A stretch of 20,000 nt of DNA from an uncultured virus (IMG/VR IMGVR_UViG_3300025767_000007) (Duplodnaviria > Heunggongvirae > Uroviricota > Caudoviricetes), in IMG/VR virus record IMGVR_UViG_3300025767_000007. The stretch is one strand, 5' to 3'. This document shows, one piece after another, positions 8,518 through 16,032 of the stretch (position 1 is its first letter; every line of letters starts with the position of its first letter). A model generated the notes under the pieces. The model was not told the DNA's origin and searched no databases. It saw only the letters and a program-made list of their open reading frames with translations. The position numbers were made by a program, and so were the translations under genes.

Positions 8518-9603
8518 ATGCCGGCAAGAAATCATAGAAATTGGTTAAAGAAACCATTAGTAGAATATGTTAGTAGCGAAATATATTCAAGTCAAGAAAT
8601 ATTTGAAGAAGAAATCGAAAGTATTTTCTCAAAGGTGTGGGTACCAGTATGTCACATCAGTGAAATGTATAATAAATTAGATTATCGAACATCTCAGATA
8701 GCAGGCATTAATATTTTAGTTTACAATACCGGAGATGGCGTTAAAGCATATCGTAATTATGGCAGTTGGGCACCTACTGGAACATTGCAAGCACCTATTG
8801 TAACAGTTGAACCACAACTACACAGCGAAGTAAAGCACGGAGGTATGGTATGGGTAACACTTGATCCTAATCCTACACAGAGTGTTGAAGAGTGGACAGC
8901 AGGTGCATTTGATTGCATTGCTGATGCTATTGACACAGAAGAACTAGAAATTTTTCATTATCATAAAGCAATTATTCCTACCAACTACAAACTATGGCAT
9001 GATACTAACAGTGAATTCTATCATGACTTCATGCATTACTTTAATCGTGTAACTGGTTTCAACGATGAGTATTTTGCTAGAAAGAATATTCCCTTTGATA
9101 ACGGGCATGTGAACGTTAGTAGTTTTACTGTAAATTATACAGAGTTTGATAAAGAAGGCGATAGAGGTGAACTAAGTTTTCCTAACTTACCTCCAAACCA
9201 ATGGTATATGGTAGACTTGTTTCCTGGCTTTAACTTTAATTTACGTGGTAGTGCATATCGTTCAGATAGTGTTACGCCACTTGGACCAAATAGTGTACTA
9301 ATAGAGTTTAGAGGATACGGTTTAAAGAAAGATACTCCAGAAGAAAGACAAACTCGTATTAAACATCATAATACTATCTGGGGACCGTTTGGCAGAAACT
9401 TACATGAAGATCTTTTAGGTGTAACCGGGCAAGGAGCATCAATGTCTCCAGGCACAGAGAAAAGAAATATTTTACATGGAAGACATGAAAATAGTACTAT
9501 ACATGATGAAGTTGGTATGCGTCACTACTATGCAGAATGGGGAAAATATATGGAGTTAGATCCTAGTAATCCAATAAAAGAGGTTGACAAAAAGGCCGCA
9601 TAG
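8518..9603 (+). CDS. Ring-hydroxylating (Rieske-type) oxygenase alpha-subunit homolog lacking the Rieske [2Fe-2S] ligands
   Basis: N-terminal 'IYSSQEIFEEEIESIFSKVWVPVCHISE', catalytic-domain 'NYKLWHDTNSEFYHDFMH', 'LFPGF' and 'EDLLGVTGQG'; no CxH...CxxH motif; AGGAG RBS. Confidence 0.82.
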   Translation: MPARNHRNWLKKPLVEYVSSEIYSSQEIFEEEIESIFSKVWVPVCHISEMYNKLDYRTSQIAGINILVYNTGDGVKAYRNYGSWAPTGTLQAPIVTVEPQLHSEVKHGGMVWVTLDPNPTQSVEEWTAGAFDCIADAIDTEELEIFHYHKAIIPTNYKLWHDTNSEFYHDFMHYFNRVTGFNDEYFARKNIPFDNGHVNVSSFTVNYTEFDKEGDRGELSFPNLPPNQWYMVDLFPGFNFNLRGSAYRSDSVTPLGPNSVLIEFRGYGLKKDTPEERQTRIKHHNTIWGPFGRNLHEDLLGVTGQGASMSPGTEKRNILHGRHENSTIHDEVGMRHYYAEWGKYMELDPSNPIKEVDKKAA

Positions 9604-9614
9604 TGTTATAAATA
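9584..9614 (+). promoter_or_regulatory. Composite sigma70-like and late promoter for the tmRNA gene
   Basis: TTGACA 9584-9589, 17-nt spacer, TG-T-TATAAA (9607-9612); the -10 is itself part of TATAAATA (9607-9614). Confidence 0.75.
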
Positions 9615-9619
9615 TAATA

Positions 9620-10049
9620 CAATGGTGAAGCATAACAAACGTTGTACAGGACTCGGGGGCAGTACCCGACGCCTCCACCATAAACACACGAACGAGGAAT
9701 GGAACTATAAACAGTTTTAAAGATAAGTGTAGAATATTTTATATCGTTAAAGGTCATCTTAACGTATCTACACAAACAATAGAAGATTGTTACGATTATT
9801 ATTTTAGAAGAATGTGGAATAATAACGAGTGTTACATATACGAAGAAGGTTTTGAAGAATCGTATCGTGTTTTTATGATGGGGGCGAAATAGGATCGACT
9901 GGCAAGTAGTAGGAATGTGGAGTTGTCCGGATGTAAGCTCGGTTAACGCGAACAAAACGATAATTGCAAACGATAATTTTGCATCTGAGGATTTTGCCCT
10001 AGCGGCTTAGTTACTCTGGGCGGGTACTGCCTGGAAACAGAAGTGCCAC
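9620..10049 (+). ncRNA. ssrA: Circularly permuted two-piece tmRNA, alphaproteobacterial type
   Basis: Acceptor piece has T-arm TCGGG-GGCAGTA-CCCGA (9653-9669) and CGCCTCC-A-CCA (9670-9680). Coding piece starts GGGGGCGAAATAGGATCGAC at 9880 and pairs 7/7 with the acceptor strand including the G3.U Ala determinant. Tag frame 9966-10010 = ANDNFASEDFALAA*. Outer ends are approximate. Confidence 0.95.
9707..9892 (+). CDS. Candidate 61-codon ORF inside the tmRNA intervening segment (non-ATG start, or pseudogene)
   Basis: Stop-free frame (I/M)NSFKDKCRIFYIVKGHLNVSTQTIEDCYDYYFRRMWNNNECYIYEEGFEESYRVFMMGAK*. GAGGA at 9694-9698 precedes ATA at 9707. Confidence 0.45.
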   Translation: MNSFKDKCRIFYIVKGHLNVSTQTIEDCYDYYFRRMWNNNECYIYEEGFEESYRVFMMGAK

Positions 10050-10064
10050 TTAAAGTGAATAACA

Positions 10065-10790
10065 ATGATTGAAAATTTCCATACAAGTGACTTTTTAAGG
10101 ATTCGGTATATGTCTTCTCCGCAAGAACGATCCTCAAATAGAGTACTAATATGGTTTTCTGGAATAGCTGGAGCACTTGGCTCAAAAGCAAGACCAAGTG
10201 GATTTTTTGAAAGTTTAAACATTGATTCAATTATTTGGGTAGATGAGAAAGCACCTTTCTCTTGGGGCAATAGTATAGATATTGAAGAACTTTGTAAAAC
10301 ACTTCTGCCTCTAACAAAAAATAAAGAATTACTATTTTTTGGAAATTCAATGGGAGGTTTTCTAGCAATATTACTTTCTAAGTATCTTAAACCTATAAAG
10401 GTTATTACAATGAATCCTCAATATAGTGTTCATCCTGATATAATATTAGAAAAGAGATGGCGTGATTTTATCAATGTAATTACACAGTTTAAACACAAAG
10501 ATCTGACTAACAGTTTTATTCCTGATACTGATTATGCAATAATGTTTGGCGTTGATGATCAGGACGAAATGCATTTTAAGTTATTCAATACCCACCGTAA
10601 TCTTCCAAATGTACAGATTATTAAATTTTTAGATTACAAAACTAACTTAGATAATGCCGCACATCAGGCAGGGGTATATCTTAATAGACTTGGCATCTTC
10701 CGTGATGTTATTGCAAACTTTTATAATAGTAAATCACTGAAAGAAATTTTTATAAAAAACTCCGTTAGATATACAGGGCTGAAACATTAA
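10065..10790 (+). CDS. Alpha/beta-hydrolase-fold protein
   Basis: Nucleophile elbow GNSMGG (G-x-S-x-G), upstream 'LIWFSG', downstream Asp (GVDDQD) and His (AAHQ) candidates. Confidence 0.75.
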   Translation: MIENFHTSDFLRIRYMSSPQERSSNRVLIWFSGIAGALGSKARPSGFFESLNIDSIIWVDEKAPFSWGNSIDIEELCKTLLPLTKNKELLFFGNSMGGFLAILLSKYLKPIKVITMNPQYSVHPDIILEKRWRDFINVITQFKHKDLTNSFIPDTDYAIMFGVDDQDEMHFKLFNTHRNLPNVQIIKFLDYKTNLDNAAHQAGVYLNRLGIFRDVIANFYNSKSLKEIFIKNSVRYTGLKH

Positions 10791-10900
10791 TACTAAAGGA
10801 ATGCCTGTTAGGGTGGCATTTAGGGTAAACTTGAATGATGATAATGAATAATTAGAAAGTAACATTAGTTACATACACACACAGAAAAGGAGACATAACA

Positions 10901-11182
10901 ATGTCTGATACAATCAAAAACTATAATGATGCTATGAGTGCATCATTCCCTAAGGTAACATTCAATAAGAATGGATACGAAATCCGCACACAAGTTCTTG
11001 AAATGGCAAAAGAACAAGAATGGAATGACTTTCATGCTAAACTTCAAGCATGGGAGCAAACAGTGGTGCGTGATCCAGACACATCAGAGGTAATATCAAC
11101 AACTTTATTACCTTCGGTTCCAGGCGTATCCGCAATTCTTGAGACCGCCGAAGAGTTTTATAACTTTATTAATAAGAAATAA
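10901..11182 (+). CDS. Hypothetical phage protein
   Basis: 93-aa ORF with a strong AAAAGGAGA RBS preceded by a CA-rich leader. Confidence 0.75.
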   Translation: MSDTIKNYNDAMSASFPKVTFNKNGYEIRTQVLEMAKEQEWNDFHAKLQAWEQTVVRDPDTSEVISTTLLPSVPGVSAILETAEEFYNFINKK

Positions 11183-11299
11183 AACTTTTAAAACAACTCT
11201 GCCATCTTTAGTAGATTAGCAGTAGAAACTGACGGTAGCTAGAAATCCGATTACAAAAAAAGTAGCACTATAAAAGGGGTGGTTACCAAATAAACCCGA

Positions 11300-11329
11300 G
11301 GAGCCCAACGGTTAGGCTCCACTTTTCTT
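11300..11329 (+). terminator. Probable terminator hairpin
   Basis: GGAGCC-CAACGGTTA-GGCTCC followed by ACTTTTCTT. Confidence 0.55.
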
Positions 11330-11346
11330 AACAGCTATATATTAAC

Positions 11347-11985
11347 ATGCTATCAACATATGCAAATAAACAAAATACTCATCTTGTAATAGATACAACA
11401 ACTAATGGAATATTAATTGCAGTACATAGCAACGTTGTTGCGAATGCAATATGTTTTAAAATATTGAATACAGAATCAATGTCTATTAGGCTAGTAGATT
11501 TCAATGAGCAAATAAATTCATTGCTTAACCCACAGTTTAATGAGTCTAGTAATTTTATATTAACTAAAGTTGGACATAACTTAACACCTCAATCAACAGC
11601 AAATGTTGGACAACTTGTAAAAAGTACAGATGGCCATGGTCGTTTTGGTGTAGCTAAAATGTCTGAAGTAACAGATGAGTGGATAGCATTAAGAAAGAAA
11701 GCACATAATATCAAAGAAGTTATAGCAAGTAGCGATCTTCGAGTTCTTAGATCAGCAACACCGAGCAAACAGTTCTTTGGAGACACTATTACCTTTCCTT
11801 TTATTAAAAAAGAACTTGATAAATGTAATCCACAGGAAGATCAATACACAGATGCTATTCGAGAATGGGCAAGTATAGTAAATGTTCCTGTAAAAAAAGG
11901 ATTTGAAATGCTATCAGCAGAAAGCAATAATATTACTCATTTGGTTAATAATTCAAGAATATTTTGGAGTAAAAAATGTCTTTAA
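11347..11985 (+). CDS. Hypothetical protein, paralog of 13006..13725
   Basis: Shares N-terminal and C-terminal blocks (ELxKCxPxEDQYTxxxxEWA) with the ORF at 13006. Confidence 0.75.
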   Translation: MLSTYANKQNTHLVIDTTTNGILIAVHSNVVANAICFKILNTESMSIRLVDFNEQINSLLNPQFNESSNFILTKVGHNLTPQSTANVGQLVKSTDGHGRFGVAKMSEVTDEWIALRKKAHNIKEVIASSDLRVLRSATPSKQFFGDTITFPFIKKELDKCNPQEDQYTDAIREWASIVNVPVKKGFEMLSAESNNITHLVNNSRIFWSKKCL

Positions 11986-13013
11986 ATTATGCTTTTAGTA
12001 CTAAATTAAAACATGGCAGTGAATATACTAAGAAAGACATTGCTGTTTTTCGTTCTCTCTATCGTATTGATCCAGATCCATTTTTAGTTGATAGAACTGG
12101 CTCTGTAGTCTTTCCTTTCTCAGAAAACAATTATTTTCCAATGATACAACCGTTATCTAATGTTATGAGTTGGGAAGAATGTACAAAAGAGAGAGTTGAA
12201 GAACTAATATCCTTTGACAAAGAACTTTATGTTATGTGGAGCGGAGGAATAGATAGTACATTAATGCTTTTATCTTTTATGAAATATAGTAATATGAATA
12301 ATGTTACAATAGTTTTAAACATGGACTCAATTAAAGAATATCCTTATTTTTATAAAAGGTTTATAGCTCAATGTAATTATAAATTACTGTCAACTGAACA
12401 ATTAATGAATAATGCATTGCTAAATGACATCAATGGATTAATAGTATCAGCCGAACATGCTGATCAGTTAGTTGGATCTCCTTTGGCTCAGTTACTTGCA
12501 ACAACATCAGGTAGAACAATGCTTGGTCTTCCATTTGATGAAGACAATTTCAGCAAATTTTTAACAAACTTAAATGTTCCAGTACATCATATTGATACAA
12601 TAATGGAACTCTATAACATTAGTATTAAAAACAGTCCTCGTCCAATTAAGAATATGTGGGATCTCTGTTGGTGGCATGGATTTAACTTTAAATGGCAAAC
12701 CATCTACATGAAACTGGCTATTAGAATAAAAAATCCTTTGAATCTTTTAACTTTCTACTCTTCGGTAAACTTTCAAAATACCAGTATACACCAAGAAGGT
12801 AATACACTTGATCTAAAGAAAGTTTTTAAAGATATAATCGTTAATTATACCGAAGATACTGAATACCTAAGAAAAGAAAAATTTGCATCTTCAACATTAT
12901 ATTATGGACTAACCTCTTCGACAGGATTAGACAAAAATTGGAATAAAATTAATGTTGATATGATTGAATACTATAATAAAGATAACACTATAAAGGAAAT
13001 AATGAATGCTTGA
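11976..13013 (+). CDS. PP-loop ATP pyrophosphatase, asparagine-synthetase C-terminal-like
   Basis: 'VMWSGGIDST' PP-loop and 'IVSAEHADQLVG' (compare SGEGADELFG of AsnB); no N-terminal Cys glutaminase domain. Confidence 0.8.
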   Translation: MSLNYAFSTKLKHGSEYTKKDIAVFRSLYRIDPDPFLVDRTGSVVFPFSENNYFPMIQPLSNVMSWEECTKERVEELISFDKELYVMWSGGIDSTLMLLSFMKYSNMNNVTIVLNMDSIKEYPYFYKRFIAQCNYKLLSTEQLMNNALLNDINGLIVSAEHADQLVGSPLAQLLATTSGRTMLGLPFDEDNFSKFLTNLNVPVHHIDTIMELYNISIKNSPRPIKNMWDLCWWHGFNFKWQTIYMKLAIRIKNPLNLLTFYSSVNFQNTSIHQEGNTLDLKKVFKDIIVNYTEDTEYLRKEKFASSTLYYGLTSSTGLDKNWNKINVDMIEYYNKDNTIKEIMNA

Positions 13014-13725
13014 TACTTTTAGCAATAGAAAAAATGTTACAATGATGCTTATAGACCAAGAAGATCTCAGTATATTAACTGTTACATCAAGTGTCTCGGT
13101 ACTTAATGCATTGTCAGAAGGTTTTGATAACTCTGTACCTGTACTTGGAAGAATAACAAATCCTGATGCGTTAAAAGCACTAAGAACTTATAATCAATCA
13201 GCTTCTCAAGCTCTGTTAGTAAATGTCGGACTTGATGATCTAACTCAAGAAATTGAAACCAAAGCAAATTGGGACACGATTGGACTAACACCAATCAGCT
13301 TTGGCTTAAAGCCAATGAACGAAAAAGCAGAAGGGTTTGTATTAAAAAGAAAGATTGCAAATAGAAGAAACAACGTACTGTCTCAGATTGAATCTAAATT
13401 AGAACGTTATGCCAGTCGAGTTATTAATTCTTCTCTTGATGATATTTTTATTCCCTATATGTCGGACGAACTTAGTAAATGTAAACCAGATGAAGACCAA
13501 TATACCAATCCTGTAATTGAATGGGCAATAGCATCAGGTTTAGATGTAAAACAAGCATATCATGAGTTAAGCATGGTAACAAGTTCTGCTAATTTAATTA
13601 CTATGCGTCTTCATGCTCATTGGAGGTTCTTTGTAAACCAAGTTAATAAGCTCGACTTTCAAGTTGACGGAATACTAGAAAAAGTTATTGCTGATGCTGA
13701 ACTAAAACTTAGATCTGGGCTATAA
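13006..13725 (+). CDS. Hypothetical protein, paralog of 11347..11985
   Basis: Overlaps the PP-loop gene stop by 8 nt and shares motifs with the ORF at 11347. Confidence 0.75.
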   Translation: MLDTFSNRKNVTMMLIDQEDLSILTVTSSVSVLNALSEGFDNSVPVLGRITNPDALKALRTYNQSASQALLVNVGLDDLTQEIETKANWDTIGLTPISFGLKPMNEKAEGFVLKRKIANRRNNVLSQIESKLERYASRVINSSLDDIFIPYMSDELSKCKPDEDQYTNPVIEWAIASGLDVKQAYHELSMVTSSANLITMRLHAHWRFFVNQVNKLDFQVDGILEKVIADAELKLRSGL

Positions 13726-13750
13726 ACGGATAAAAATCACAAAAAAAAGG

Positions 13751-13779
13751 TTGACTATTGGATAGAGTTATGTTATATT
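13751..13779 (+). promoter_or_regulatory. Sigma70-like (early) promoter
   Basis: A-tract, TTGACT 13751-13756, 17-nt spacer, TG-T-TATATT (13774-13779). Confidence 0.75.
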
Positions 13780-13828
13780 AATAACATAGTTAGAAAGACT
13801 CTAACTACTTTTGATAAAAGGAAATTAA

Positions 13829-14125
13829 ATGTCAAAAACTACAACGTCAATCAGATCATTCGATCTAGAAACGAAGCAAGGCAAGCTCTTTCACGCACTA
13901 GTGCTAGAGAAGCAAGCTCTTACTAAATCAGCAATTAAGAAGCGATTTGGTATTGCAAATCCTACCGCGACTGTATCGAACATTCGCCAACGTGGTTATG
14001 CTATCTATGCAAACCAACGTAAAGCCGGTAATGGCGTACATGTAACTGAGTATTCACACGGTGCTCCGTCACGTCGTATGGTTGCTTTGGCCTATAAGGC
14101 TCAGGGAATGGGTATTACTGTTTAA
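13829..14125 (+). CDS. Small basic DNA-binding protein, winged helix-turn-helix-like
   Basis: 98 aa, basic, 'LTKSAIKKRFGIANPTATVSNIRQRGYAI' HTH-plus-wing pattern; has its own promoter, RBS and terminator. Confidence 0.65.
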   Translation: MSKTTTSIRSFDLETKQGKLFHALVLEKQALTKSAIKKRFGIANPTATVSNIRQRGYAIYANQRKAGNGVHVTEYSHGAPSRRMVALAYKAQGMGITV

Positions 14126-14148
14126 TCAGTAGTTTCTAAAACTGACTA

Positions 14149-14179
14149 AAAATAGGGGGAGAAATCCCCCTATTTTCTT
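14149..14179 (+). terminator. Rho-independent terminator
   Basis: AAAATAGGGGGA-GAAA-TCCCCCTATTTT perfect stem with GNRA loop. Confidence 0.9.
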
Positions 14180-14224
14180 GACATAAATATCAGGCATTGA
14201 ATGCAAGAAAGAGAGAGTATACAC

Positions 14225-15085
14225 ATGTCAAAACGTATCCTAATTATGGGATTACCAGGATCTGGAAAAACAACTTTAGCTGAGAAGTTAAAAACTTATA
14301 TAGAGGCAGAAGCCGGTATAAGTTCAGCACCATTAGATAAACAAATTAGAGTAATTGAATCTCCTAAACTAGACGAATATAAATGTACAGTAGATTGGTT
14401 CAACGCAGACGAAATCCGTAAGAAGTTTGACGACTGGGATTTTAGTCATACTGGACGCATTAGACAAAGTATTCGTATGTTTGATTTGTCTCAAGAATCA
14501 AATGCTGATTTTGTTATTTGCGACTTTGTTGCACCGTTAGTAGAAATGAGAAATAATTTTAAAGCAGATTGGACAATTTGGATTGATACAATTAAAGAAG
14601 GTAGATATGAAGATACCAATAAAGCATTTATTGAACCTGAGGTATATGACTTCCGTGTACCAGAACAAGATTGTGAAAAATGGGCTAGATATATTTGCGA
14701 CAGAATTGTAAAAGATGAAAGAAGACCTATGTTTGACTGGAGGAAAGAAACAGTACAGATGCTAGGCCGTTGGCAACCATGGCATGATGGACATCGTGCA
14801 TTATTTGAAAGACTAATTCAACGCACAGGACAGGTTGTAATACAAATTAGAGATGTACAAGGATGGGAAGGTTCTAATCCTTTTGAAATTGATCAAGTTA
14901 AACGTTTTATTAAAGCAGACTTAGATCCATTGTACCAAGGACAATATGAAATTCAGATTGTTCCTAATATTGTACATATTGGCTGGGGTAGAGGTGTAGG
15001 TTATACGTCAGGAGAAGAAACCTTTGACGAATCAGTAACAGAAATTTCTGCAACTAATATTAGAAAAGGAATGGGACTAAAGTAG
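14225..15085 (+). CDS. Adenylylsulfate-kinase-like P-loop domain fused to a HIGH-motif nucleotidyltransferase-like domain
   Basis: 'ILIMGLPGSGKTT' Walker A, 'NADEIR', 'GRIRQ', 'ICDFVAP', then 'MLGRWQPWHDGH' (HxGH). Start set at MSKR (14225). Confidence 0.85.
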   Translation: MSKRILIMGLPGSGKTTLAEKLKTYIEAEAGISSAPLDKQIRVIESPKLDEYKCTVDWFNADEIRKKFDDWDFSHTGRIRQSIRMFDLSQESNADFVICDFVAPLVEMRNNFKADWTIWIDTIKEGRYEDTNKAFIEPEVYDFRVPEQDCEKWARYICDRIVKDERRPMFDWRKETVQMLGRWQPWHDGHRALFERLIQRTGQVVIQIRDVQGWEGSNPFEIDQVKRFIKADLDPLYQGQYEIQIVPNIVHIGWGRGVGYTSGEETFDESVTEISATNIRKGMGLK

Positions 15086-15086
15086 A

Positions 15087-15368
15087 CTAACGTCTTTTCT
15101 TTTTATTAGAAACTAAGGCGTGTTGTTCTAGTGCCTCACGTCTTAGTTTTTCTATATCATCTTCTTTTGAAAATTTAGGCTTTTCTCTCATGCTTAATTG
15201 AGCATGAAATTTCTTTTTAACTGGTTCAGGGTCCTCTACGTTTCTTATAAGCATGGTTATGGCTTTGTAGCCGTCGCCCATAAAGATTAATTTATTATCT
15301 TTGTATAATAATGTTTTAGAAGAGGTTTCTTGGTTTATCATAAAATTTTCATGTACGAATATTGTCAT
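15087..15368 (-). CDS. Hypothetical protein
   Basis: ORF-track frame 15087..15398. Start moved to MTIF (15368) to reduce overlap with the Cys-rich ORF; the start remains uncertain. Confidence 0.6.
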   Translation of the reverse strand: MTIFVHENFMINQETSSKTLLYKDNKLIFMGDGYKAITMLIRNVEDPEPVKKKFHAQLSMREKPKFSKEDDIEKLRREALEQHALVSNKKKRR

Positions 15369-15480
15369 CTTTACACTCGCATTTTTGGCATACATCATTA
15401 GGACAAGTTTGACATTCTGGTGAATAGCAATGACACCTGCATTTACATTTACTACAATATCTTTCTGGACTACCTGTCAT
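15349..15480 (-). CDS. 43-aa Cys-rich metallothionein/zinc-binding-like peptide
   Basis: MTGSPERYCSKCKCRCHCYSPECQTCPNDVCQKCECKDDNIRT*; AGGAG RBS 5 nt before ATG; fills the gap in a tightly packed minus-strand operon. Confidence 0.8.
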   Translation of the reverse strand: MTGSPERYCSKCKCRCHCYSPECQTCPNDVCQKCECKDDNIRT

Positions 15481-15488
15481 CTACTCTC

Positions 15489-15818
15489 CTACTTTTTGCC
15501 TATTGAATTTAAACTATCCATAACATTATCGATATTTGGCTCCTTGCTATTTGGATTATACACACATTTATATTGCTTTGGACAATTCTGATCAAACATT
15601 AATTCGTAAGTTTTGTTACCGCCTTTGTATATACATGCTTGTTGTCCACTTCTTGACTGGATAATCTTTGCTAGTCGGCAGGTTGTCATACTAGGCGGTA
15701 TTATATCTCCTCTTTGAATCTTTTGTTGACGAGTATAATCTTTTTTACTACCATATGTTTTTGCTCCTGCGATTGCAATACTTGGAATCAACAATAACAT
15801 TACTATATATTTAATCAT
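15489..15818 (-). CDS. Hypothetical exported protein with 4 Cys
   Basis: Signal-peptide-like N-terminus (MIKYIVMLLLIPSIAIAG) and four Cys; overlaps the upstream ORF. Confidence 0.7.
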   Translation of the reverse strand: MIKYIVMLLLIPSIAIAGAKTYGSKKDYTRQQKIQRGDIIPPSMTTCRLAKIIQSRSGQQACIYKGGNKTYELMFDQNCPKQYKCVYNPNSKEPNIDNVMDSLNSIGKK

Positions 15819-16032
15819 ATAATTTTACTCTCTTTGGGTCAATTAAAGAAGGTTCGCATACAGCAGTATATGATCTTCTTTTTGGTACATCTTCACCAGC
15901 AGTTCCAGGAACTGCTGGTTGCTGATTCAATCTACTTGCAAAATATTTACAATCGTCTATGTTGCGAAAGTACATATCATTGCTAACTATTTGAGTACCT
16001 AAGTAAACAGTTAACAAGAATGCATGAATCAT
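15811..16032 (-). CDS. Small hypothetical protein
   Basis: 73 aa, hydrophobic N-terminus, 'F...DDC...C.P' two-Cys pattern; coupled to both neighbours. Confidence 0.65.
   Translation of the reverse strand: MIHAFLLTVYLGTQIVSNDMYFRNIDDCKYFASRLNQQPAVPGTAGEDVPKRRSYTAVCEPSLIDPKRVKLYD

Noticed and set aside
9650..9680. tRNA-like 3' half ending in CCA, possibly a tRNA fragment or attP site
   Set aside because: It is fully explained as the acceptor piece of the permuted tmRNA, and there is no integrase in the window.
9563..9955. 130-aa minus-strand ORF in the ORF track
   Set aside because: It is antisense to the tmRNA and to the end of the oxygenase gene, with no RBS or recognisable motif; likely a shadow frame.
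9943..10270. Minus-strand ORFs 9943..10230 and 10007..10270
   Set aside because: They overlap the tmRNA tag region and the alpha/beta hydrolase on the opposite strand.
11976..13013. Lasso-peptide cyclase or QueC assignment for the PP-loop gene
   Set aside because: No precursor peptide, leader peptidase or RRE gene is visible, and the QueC C-terminal Cys cluster is absent.
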